Below, piece after piece: positions 31,211 to 38,981 of a DNA stretch of 64,000 nt (positions within the stretch are counted from its first letter, which is position 1; every line of letters begins with the position of its first letter). The notes below the pieces were generated by a model that had not been told where the DNA came from, did not search any database, and worked only from the letters and a program-made list of their open reading frames with translations. Source of the DNA: a virus (lineage: Duplodnaviria > Caudoviricetes); the IMG/VR virus record IMGVR_UViG_3300029305_004678, positions 64,001-128,000 of that record, one strand, 5' to 3'. The translations under genes were made by a program, and so were the position numbers.

Positions 31211-31802
31211 TCCTGTTAAATTGATCGATTATAATCCTATATATTGCTGATGGACCCATAGAACCTAAGAAAATATCTAAAATATTATTAGTAGATCCTG
31301 TAGCAATCGCTATTCTATTACATAACTCATAAAGAGTTGAGTTATATTGAGCATAATTGTCTCTAAAATAGTCTATTATATGATTGCAATATCTAGCTCT
31401 TTTTAAGCCATCTATACAAGCACCATGAGTAGAAAACATAACGCAGAATTTTATCTTACGATCTCTGAGTTCTTGAGCTACTTCTAAATGATTACAAACA
31501 AGAACAATACTTGCTTTAATAGTAGAATCTGCAAGAACCTCTTCAATCTTATCGACATAATTCTTAGGAAATTCGCCCATATCATCTAGAAGTGGCAAGC
31601 CAGCCCAATAATAATCAGAAGCATCCACTTCTACAAATATATCTGGATATTTATTTGCAGCCTCAGTCTTTCCAGTGCCAGGGAAAGACATAACCACAAC
31701 TTTATCTCCTAATACATAATTTTTCTTATCTCTATAGAAAGTGGATATAGTATTACCAGGTGGATCAGTCCATTCCCATTCAGTTTTAAAAGAATTATTC
31801 AT
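31203..31802 (-). CDS. P-loop NTPase paralog
   Basis: SFPGTGKT...EVDASDYYW...FPKNYVDKI, aligns with the neighbouring gene. Confidence 0.7.
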   Translation of the reverse strand: MNNSFKTEWEWTDPPGNTISTFYRDKKNYVLGDKVVVMSFPGTGKTEAANKYPDIFVEVDASDYYWAGLPLLDDMGEFPKNYVDKIEEVLADSTIKASIVLVCNHLEVAQELRDRKIKFCVMFSTHGACIDGLKRARYCNHIIDYFRDNYAQYNSTLYELCNRIAIATGSTNNILDIFLGSMGPSAIYRIIIDQFNRSV

Positions 31803-31807
31803 ATGAA

Positions 31808-32074
31808 TTATTTATCCTCCTGATCTGGATAGGTCTCATAGCTTGGACGAATTTCTGCGTACATCACTGTATTACCTTCATAATTAACTATCTCATGAAT
31901 ATTGAGCTCAGATTGCTCATCTTCAATATAGATATAATCAAAAGGATATTCAGGATGCGATTCCTGAAGACAAGGTTCTGTATGGACAATCTTACCATAC
32001 ATTTCCTCACCAATATAAGAGAAATACTTTACATGAAGTCCAATAGGACTTTTGGATTTCTGAAGGTCGCTCAT
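31808..32074 (-). CDS. Hypothetical protein
   Basis: ORF with AAAGGAG RBS in an operon. Confidence 0.65.
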   Translation of the reverse strand: MSDLQKSKSPIGLHVKYFSYIGEEMYGKIVHTEPCLQESHPEYPFDYIYIEDEQSELNIHEIVNYEGNTVMYAEIRPSYETYPDQEDK

Positions 32075-32107
32075 ATAAACACTCCTTTGTAATTTATTCT
32101 CTTTATA

Positions 32108-32290
32108 TTATATATTGGTGGTAGAGATTACCACACTATCATAGTTCTCTTCGTAGTAGACATCATTCCGATTGAGACATAATGTAATATCGCTTAATGT
32201 TTCAAGGCCAATAGGTTTGGATCCATATCCTTCATTTTTTAGATCTGTCAGTATCTCAATCATCATATCTACAGTCAAAGCCTCTTCCAT
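32108..32290 (-). CDS. Small hypothetical protein
   Basis: Probable start MEEALTV at 32290 after AGGAGG. Confidence 0.6.
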   Translation of the reverse strand: MEEALTVDMMIEILTDLKNEGYGSKPIGLETLSDITLCLNRNDVYYEENYDSVVISTTNI

Positions 32291-32306
32291 TTTAAATATC
32301 CTCCTA

Positions 32307-32474
32307 TTATATTCCTTTTGTATCAATAACTATTACTCCAGGATAAACTAAAGAAATATCTATAGATTCAATTCGGAGTAGTTTAACTGAACCGCAGGCC
32401 GTTACGAATAACTCTTTGTCACCCTGAGATTCTTTTAATTCTTCAAGAGTTTTTATTACATCAGATATTTTCAT
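32307..32474 (-). CDS. Small hypothetical protein
   Basis: Probable start MKISDVI at 32474 after AAGGAG. Confidence 0.6.
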   Translation of the reverse strand: MKISDVIKTLEELKESQGDKELFVTACGSVKLLRIESIDISLVYPGVIVIDTKGI

Positions 32475-32540
32475 ACTATTCTCCTTCATAATAAAAATTA
32501 AAATATATGGGAGGCAACTTACGCCACCTCCCAATTATTA

Positions 32541-35500
32541 TCAGCAATAGCTTGCTTGAGCAGCTCTAATAGCTTCAACCTGTTCAGGTGTATATCTAGA
32601 TCTACTCAATTGAACAAGAGTATTCATATTGATAATAGTATCACGTTTGTGATTATATGAGTTATTGAACATACCATCATTCTTAGAAATATACATAGAA
32701 TTTCTAGGATTGAAGACATATTCTGCAGAACGTTGAAAATCTTTATTGATGATTAGCATGATGTTTACGAATGTTCACACGGGTCGTTAATCCGTGCAGT
32801 TCTCTTATGAACTTCTACATGTTTCCATGTAGGCCAGACTATATCTACATCTTCATTTATGGAGAATAAATGAAGAGCTTCCCACTTCGAACTCACTTGA
32901 GCTCTACTCCCATTTCAGGGATAGTCGTTGAACGTTCCTCATATAGAGGCTTCGCTGCTGATTAGCATATCTATATAAAGACTTAGCCTCCCAGCAATTC
33001 AAGAAGATTTCGATATAGTGTCACCACTATATAGCCCTAATTTAATTAAGGTATCTCCATCAAAGTCTGCAGCAAGACCTTCGAGTACGGCCACAGGCAT
33101 TCCCATAGTGAATCCTACAGAAATTTCTGTACAATACATTTGAAGTATTCCACCCCATAGTGTTCACGTAGGTCGTTAATCTACGTCGTTCTCTTATGAA
33201 CTGCTATATGTTTCCACATAGATCAGACTATATCTACATCTCTATACTTGGAGAAGCATAGAGAGCTTCCCACTTCGAACTCACTTGAGTTCTACTCCCA
33301 TTTCATGGATAGTCGTTGAACCTTCCTCTTATATAAGAGGCTTGGCTGCTGATTAGCATGCTCTTTTGAGTTTAGCCTTCCAGCAATTCAAGAAGATTTC
33401 AATACAATATTACTATTGTATAGCCCAGGTTTATTTAGGGATATGGTTGGATTTCTATTAATTAAAATCGGAATACCTCTATCATAGGATTTAATAATAC
33501 CTTCGATTATATTTACAATAATCGGATTAGGTTCATGCATGGATTCATAGAGCAGTTTATATGCATCATTATATCTCATGAAGTAAGACTTCTGTAAGAT
33601 ATTAATAATAGTCATCTGCAATAATCCACACAAACATGGATAACTCAGAGAAACCTCATCGATTCTCTTAGAAGGGTCTGGTGCTATAACAGAACGTGCT
33701 GTAAAGTTATCACGTGTTCACATAGGATCGCAACTCCTATGCAGTTCTCTTATGAACTTCTACATGTTTCCATGCAGGTCAGACTATATCTTAATCTCTT
33801 ATAAAGAGATTTTGGCATTTCGATTTAATAGGACTTACACTGGACCTTGATGCCTAACCCCATTAGCTTGGGCTCTACGTCCTTACGGACTAGTCGTTGA
33901 ACCTTTCTATTTAGATAATAGCAATCTTCAAATATAGACATCCAGTATCTTGATCGATATCTGGCTCTATATTATGGATCTTACAATTCATAATATCTTC
34001 GGGGAAGTCTTTTACATCTAGATATACCTTAGTGCAAAGCTCTTTAGCTTGTTCTAGCGTTATATCTTCAGAAGCTGTACCAAAGACATCATAAATATTA
34101 ATTATTTTATATTTGTATGGATTTTGTCTAACTCCCGGATTTTGGTGCTTAGCAAAATCTGAAAGAGTCATATACAACTTACTCATACATCTATCCTCCA
34201 AATAGACTTGGCTGCTGATTAGCATTATACAAATAATTGTAATATTATTTTCTCATATAAATATATAGCTATTGACATTTCTATATAAAGACAATATAAA
34301 GATATTAATATAAGAAGTAAAATTACTATTATAAAAACATAGTTTTTCTTCATATATTAAGCCTCCCAGCAATTAACCAAAAACATACTTAAAGATTGCT
34401 CTTTAAGCAGCCATTTTTACATAGCGTCCACCAAAGAGTTGTCTTATCATTAAGACTACCATAATTTTCATTATGGATTAGACTATATCTTATCCCTCAG
34501 CTTTACCTGCTAGGGATCCTCCCACTTCGGAGTCATAACTATTTATGACTCCTACTCTACTCGGTTACTTACAAGAGTTTTTCATCTTGCTACCCTTTCG
34601 ATAGTCGTTGAACGTTCTCTATTATATAGAGCTTCGCTGCTGATTAGCATGCTCTTTCGAGTTTAGCCTTCCAGCAATTCAAGAGGTTATTTTCTACGGA
34701 TTTCGCCGTAGGGATCCATAAGATAACTCTAGATCCTTTCTTGCCCGAGATAATCTTAGTAATCTCTTCATAAAGCTCCATGTACTTCATTTGGAGATCA
34801 AAAAGAAGTGTATCTTTAGGCTTTTTCTTTTTACCCATTTTTGTATTATCGTCGTTGATTTGGGCTACAAGTTTTACAATCAAATAATAGATTGCATTAG
34901 TTCCCTCATAATGAAGAACACCACCATCGAGACGATAAGGTCTTAAATGAATAGTAAAAACTGGAATAGATTGGATAAAGACTTTCTCTCTATCATTCAT
35001 GATACTCTCATAGTAATCACGTTTATTAGGCTTCTTATAGAGATAATACTCCATAATTTCATCAAATCTTTCATAGAAATCGAGCATACCGATTCCAAAG
35101 AATGGTTCATCCTTTGGCCTCTTGAAGTCAATTTCATGCCCATCCTCATCCTTCTTATTGACAGGAGTAATGATGTTTTTGAAGTCTTTCTCGCCAATAA
35201 AGAATGCAATAGACATATAAAGATTAGGATGAATAATATGATAAGGATCCTTGAGTACAGGATATCCAAACATACCGAAGTTATCACCTTTAAATGTGAC
35301 CTTAGTTCCACAAACGGGGCAAGTCTCACCCTGATTAAATCTGGCCTTAAGATGACCACAATCGCAACGATATCGATTACTACCTTCATCAATATCTTGT
35401 AGGGTGGGGCCATATTTGGTTGAGAAAATACCGTTAGGATCTTTAAGATCATACTTAATAGCTTTTGGAGAACTAATTATAAAACCATCACCTGATAGTA

Positions 35501-35603
35501 CATCACTGCGACGTTCTTTATCAATATTAATTCTCTCGAGTCTGGTCTCGTAATCGAAAGCTCCCGATCGCGAGTACCTTGTATTCACTTTTATTTCTGC
35601 CAT
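32541..35603 (-). CDS. RNA polymerase beta' N-terminal/catalytic subunit, 501 aa, in 5 exons (35603-34731, 34447-34423, 33710-33437, 33155-33049, 32767-32541)
   Basis: Exons sum to 1506 nt in one frame and restore RpoC motifs: Zn site CDCG...CPVC, ISGKKGS|IRQLFGGR-Y|NFTARSVI, INRNPTISL|GGILQM and GLAADFDGDTL|NIML. Confidence 0.92.
32768..33048 (-). mobile_element. Group I intron 4 (281 nt, no ORF)
   Basis: 5' exon ends in U paired to G in P1 (CCU|UAAU-UAA-AUUAGGG); P/Q AAUUGCUGG/AAUCAGCAG; R/S UCAACGACUA/GAUAUAGUC; terminal G at 32768; inserted 4 nt after the DFDGD codons. Confidence 0.92.
33156..33436 (-). mobile_element. Group I intron 3 (281 nt, no ORF)
   Basis: P1 CCU/GGG; IGS ACCU pairs with 3' exon GGGU (P10); full P,Q,R,S core; terminal G at 33156; inserted just after NRNPT. 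Confidence 0.9.
33911..34186 (-). CDS. Intron-encoded 91-aa soluble protein, not a homing endonuclease (alternative start 34225 gives 104 aa)
   Basis: GGAGG RBS 8 nt before ATG; sits in the P6a loop; no GIY-YIG, HNH, LAGLIDADG or PD-(D/E)xK motif visible. Confidence 0.75.
   Translation of the reverse strand: MSKLYMTLSDFAKHQNPGVRQNPYKYKIINIYDVFGTASEDITLEQAKELCTKVYLDVKDFPEDIMNCKIHNIEPDIDQDTGCLYLKIAII
34225..34353 (-). CDS. Intron-encoded 42-aa hydrophobic membrane peptide (absent from ORF track)
   Basis: MKKNYVFIIVILLLILISLYCLYIEMSIAIYLYEKIILQLFV; GGGAGG 8 nt upstream; the ORF fills the P5 insertion almost exactly. Confidence 0.55.
   Translation of the reverse strand: MKKNYVFIIVILLLILISLYCLYIEMSIAIYLYEKIILQLFV
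34272..34300 (+). promoter_or_regulatory. Antisense sigmaA/sigma70-consensus promoter inside intron 2
   Basis: TTGACA (34272-34277), 17-nt spacer, TATAAA (34295-34300). Confidence 0.45.
34448..34730 (-). mobile_element. Group I intron 1 (283 nt, no ORF)
   Basis: P1 GGAUCU/GGAUCC with U-G pair; P10 AGAGUUAUCUUAU pairs 12/13 with 3' exon AUAAGACAACUCU; P,Q,R,S core; terminal G at 34448. Confidence 0.93.
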
Positions 35604-35687
35604 ATTTTCATAACACCTCCAAAATGCTACTGTATTGAATAGTTAGAGGAGGGGTTAATATTAACCCCTCCTCAATAATTTAGAGGT

Positions 35688-35960
35688 TTACTTTGCTGTA
35701 CTCTTTACAGCATCAATTACACAGTCGAGAACCTTGTCAACCTGCCGCATGACAACATTCTTAACTGTAACACCAGCTTCGGTCATTACCTGCTTGACCT
35801 CATCTGTTCTCTGAATGACCTTTTCTACTGGGCGGATGCCTTCATACTTCTGGTCATTCTCCTGGAGATATCCAAGGAGCTGAGCATCATTATCAGCATC
35901 ATAATCTTTACCAAGCTGAACTAGTGCTCTCCGGGACAAATCCTCATAACTTCTAGACAT
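35688..35960 (-). CDS. Hypothetical protein
   Basis: AGGAGG RBS; followed by hairpin GAGGAGGGGTTAAT/ATTAACCCCTCCTC. Confidence 0.7.
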   Translation of the reverse strand: MSRSYEDLSRRALVQLGKDYDADNDAQLLGYLQENDQKYEGIRPVEKVIQRTDEVKQVMTEAGVTVKNVVMRQVDKVLDCVIDAVKSTAK

Positions 35961-35986
35961 ACTTTTGTTCCTCCTGTGTGTTTTAT

Positions 35987-36505
35987 TTATATCAAAGCTC
36001 TCTTAAAAAGTTCAAGATATACCTGATGTGCAGATTTATTACCATACACAAAAGATATAGCTTTGTCACTCTTAATCAAAGCTTTAATATTAAAGAAACC
36101 TGCCCATTCGAATTGCATACATTTATATGCAAGAGCATTTTTATATTCCTTCGACTGCTCATTATAGTTAGAAACAATAGATTTCATATATTGAACAGAA
36201 GTGAAATATATAGGGGGATCAGGATAGTCGATTGATTTAAATTGATCATTAATAAAAAGACAAAATGTCCTCATATCATATTTGATGAAGGATACATCAA
36301 TCGGTTTACCATCTTCATCTACTATAATATATATTCTAACTATGGGATACATAAAATCATAATCATCAGTATCCCATCCCATAACTTTAAGGAACTCCTC
36401 AAACTCCGTATCCTGTATATCAGCATTCTTGACATCTGTCATAGATGTAAAAATACGATATCCCACAGTATGATTATCAATAGTGCAAGTCATCAGTTTA
36501 CTCAT
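35987..36505 (-). CDS. Hypothetical protein, possibly a degenerate GNAT paralog
   Basis: Overlaps the upstream GNAT stop; similar size and C-terminal GF motif but no clear acetyl-CoA loop. Confidence 0.55.
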   Translation of the reverse strand: MSKLMTCTIDNHTVGYRIFTSMTDVKNADIQDTEFEEFLKVMGWDTDDYDFMYPIVRIYIIVDEDGKPIDVSFIKYDMRTFCLFINDQFKSIDYPDPPIYFTSVQYMKSIVSNYNEQSKEYKNALAYKCMQFEWAGFFNIKALIKSDKAISFVYGNKSAHQVYLELFKRALI

Positions 36506-37106
36506 CTTTTGTACCCCATGTCTTTCTATTGAAGATCTTGTTCAAAGATCTAGCAGCTTCACTTTCGGGAGTAAGGAACAAATAAGAGTTTGTAAGAGTT
36601 ATCGTACCAGTTTCAGATAAATCTGGTACAGATTTAAATCCGAAAGGCTCAAAGAAGTTCTCAAAGTCTGCACAGAAATCACTATGCTTATTCCAGAAGT
36701 CTTCAAGACTTTCGGCATTCTGATCTCCAGGAATACAGTGGGTCACAACAATATCTGTTGTAGAAGTTCTATAGCCTTTTAAGAAATCAAGTAATAGAGA
36801 AGTAGCAATACCTTGATTTCGATAGTCTTCATGAGTTTCGATAGATACTATGTTTACAACTCTTTTTATCTTTTCGAGACCATACTTCTTGATAATATCT
36901 AGAAAGCGTAATTTAGTCAAACAATCTCCGTAATCATATCTACCATCGGTAGAATAGATCTCTAGTTTAATCTCACATCTACCAGGATCATAGACTTTAT
37001 ACTTATAAATTCCGTTTTCAATAGTATGAGCAGATACTCTATGAATTCCTGGTATTTCTAAACATTTGCCAGATCCATAGAATTTTTCATTATTAGCTGT
37101 ATCCAT
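36498..37106 (-). CDS. GNAT-family acetyltransferase
   Basis: Motif A IETHEDYRNQGIATSLL; FFEPFGF. Confidence 0.8.
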   Translation of the reverse strand: MDTANNEKFYGSGKCLEIPGIHRVSAHTIENGIYKYKVYDPGRCEIKLEIYSTDGRYDYGDCLTKLRFLDIIKKYGLEKIKRVVNIVSIETHEDYRNQGIATSLLLDFLKGYRTSTTDIVVTHCIPGDQNAESLEDFWNKHSDFCADFENFFEPFGFKSVPDLSETGTITLTNSYLFLTPESEAARSLNKIFNRKTWGTKDE

Positions 37107-37119
37107 TATTTATCCTCCT

Positions 37120-37710
37120 TTATTTATTCTTTAAAGTGTGATTTTCATACCAATAATCTACAAACTTATTCCATGTAAGTTTTGCAGCACCACTGACAGG
37201 ACTTGTATAGAGATAGGGTTCACTAAATTCCAATCCACATAGTGGTTGGATACTGTGGAATCCAAAAGGTACTAAAAACTTCATCACACTATTAAAGAAT
37301 TCCACATACTGTTCATGTGTGGGCTCTGTAGGATAATCATCCTTAGTGACAGAAGCTCTGAATAGAATAATAGTATCATCAGATTTTTCATACTCTCGTA
37401 AAAATTCCCTCATTAAAATTGTACCAGACATTTGATTTCTGAGACTTTCTTTGGTTCTGATATAGAGGATATTAATAATAGTTTTTACTGTCTTTACCCC
37501 ATCATCTCCAAGAAGTCCTACGACATCATCGATCATGAAGTTTCTATTGGAGAAATTTTCTCCTTTTTTAAGATTTTCAAGATATTCCTCTGTTTTAAAG
37601 GTTTCATACTTGATTTCACATCCGGGAGCTAATGAAGGACGTGACACTCTGTACACTTCGTTTCCATCATGGAATCTAAAAATATTAGAAGTATTACTCA
37701 TGGTTTTCAT
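37120..37710 (-). CDS. GNAT-family acetyltransferase paralog
   Basis: IRTKESLRNQMSGTILM; FLVPFGF; aligns with the neighbour. Confidence 0.7.
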   Translation of the reverse strand: MKTMSNTSNIFRFHDGNEVYRVSRPSLAPGCEIKYETFKTEEYLENLKKGENFSNRNFMIDDVVGLLGDDGVKTVKTIINILYIRTKESLRNQMSGTILMREFLREYEKSDDTIILFRASVTKDDYPTEPTHEQYVEFFNSVMKFLVPFGFHSIQPLCGLEFSEPYLYTSPVSGAAKLTWNKFVDYWYENHTLKNK

Positions 37711-37788
37711 TCTCCTTTATAAAAATAAATTAGAGGTGTATGAAAATCATACACCTCTAAAAGTATAATATATATCCATTAGAAATAT

Positions 37789-38481
37789 TTAGATGAAATT
37801 GATAGAAGAGAAGATGCTAACAGATTCTCGCAACTCTTTACGAAGATGACGTCTAGTAGCACTCAAAGCAGAATTATATCTATTAGATTTGTCGTCAGAA
37901 TAGGTATCACCTATCGTTTTCGTAGGTTTACCATCTGCTGCACGATTTCTATCATATCTATTCCAATTTTCTCTATCTACCATATCTTTTGCTAAATCTG
38001 CTATATCTCTATCTCTACGAACAGATTTTTCAAATTCTCTTTCTTTACTGTTTTTTGGTGTACGCGGCATTACTTTCCCATATTGCATTCTATGATATTG
38101 TAATTCTCTAGCTGTTTTATATTTAGGATCCATATGAGATGTAATACCAGATCTAGCAGTCTCATGACCTCTTTGACCATGTCCTCTATCACCATAATTA
38201 TCAGAAGGATTATATTTTTCATTCTCCTGATCTTCTGCTTCTTTATCAGCATTATACTTATCCATTTTCTTTTTTAAGTATTCTTCAGCTTGCTGACCTT
38301 CAATAAGAATATGATCTTCATATAAGAAGATACCATTAGTCTCAAGAATAGCTTCACCTTTAGATCCAGGATACTGTTGACCATTGATCATAACATGATT
38401 TTCATAAAGCTCAACACCAACAGATTCTAAGAATTCATCAGCATCAGCTTCAGTTAAAATAATACCATCATTATATAACAT
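37789..38481 (-). CDS. Putative internal virion protein with C-terminal ES-x-x-IF tag
   Basis: Start MLYNDG at 38481; IEGQQAEEYLKKK; ends RESVSIFSSINFI. Confidence 0.65.
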   Translation of the reverse strand: MLYNDGIILTEADADEFLESVGVELYENHVMINGQQYPGSKGEAILETNGIFLYEDHILIEGQQAEEYLKKKMDKYNADKEAEDQENEKYNPSDNYGDRGHGQRGHETARSGITSHMDPKYKTARELQYHRMQYGKVMPRTPKNSKEREFEKSVRRDRDIADLAKDMVDRENWNRYDRNRAADGKPTKTIGDTYSDDKSNRYNSALSATRRHLRKELRESVSIFSSINFI

Positions 38482-38621
38482 TTTATATTCTCCTTTCAAG
38501 AATAAATATCTTTATTATTTCGTTTTTTTTTTGTAGAACAAAGTGGCCTAAAAGCGTCATTTTTGCTCATATAATTATATATTATAATCATGAAAGAAAT
38601 ATAAATAGGAGGTATTAATCT

Positions 38622-38936
38622 ATGATAAAGTTCAATCCAAAAATTATTCGAGATATTAGTAGCAACTTGAATGTAAACTATTTTGACATGTGTGGTGAAG
38701 ATTTAAGCGGAGGAAAAGGAAGTCCATATCAGTGTCTTATGAACAATGATGGAAGTATTTTAATTGGAATTTTGAATACTAATAAGGACTTGGTAACAAT
38801 GCTTTTCAATGGATCTAATTATGTAAATATTAATTGCAGCGATGGTAGATATAAAGTATTCACAATGTCAAGAAGAAATGAAGGAAACTTCGAACTTGAG
38901 ACTATTTTGCGCACATCTTTTGACGTCAATATCTAG
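38622..38936 (+). CDS. Small hypothetical (early-type) protein
   Basis: AGGAGG RBS; TATATTAT motif upstream. Confidence 0.7.
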   Translation: MIKFNPKIIRDISSNLNVNYFDMCGEDLSGGKGSPYQCLMNNDGSILIGILNTNKDLVTMLFNGSNYVNINCSDGRYKVFTMSRRNEGNFELETILRTSFDVNI

Positions 38937-38981
38937 AATAAGAAATAATGGTCGTGATTGTTCACGACCATTATTTTTTTG

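Larger units (their letters stand above)
33711..34422 (-). mobile_element. Group I intron 2 (712 nt) with cargo ORFs in the P5 and P6a loops
   Basis: P1 GCU|AU-GUAAAA-AUGGC; P,Q,R,S core; terminal G at 33711; splicing rebuilds the Tyr codon T|AT of GGRYNF. Confidence 0.9.

Noticed and set aside
33388-35603. ORF-track fragments 34644-35603 and 33388-33633 as separate genes or a pseudogene
   Set aside because: They are exons reading into intron sequence; splicing restores an intact frame
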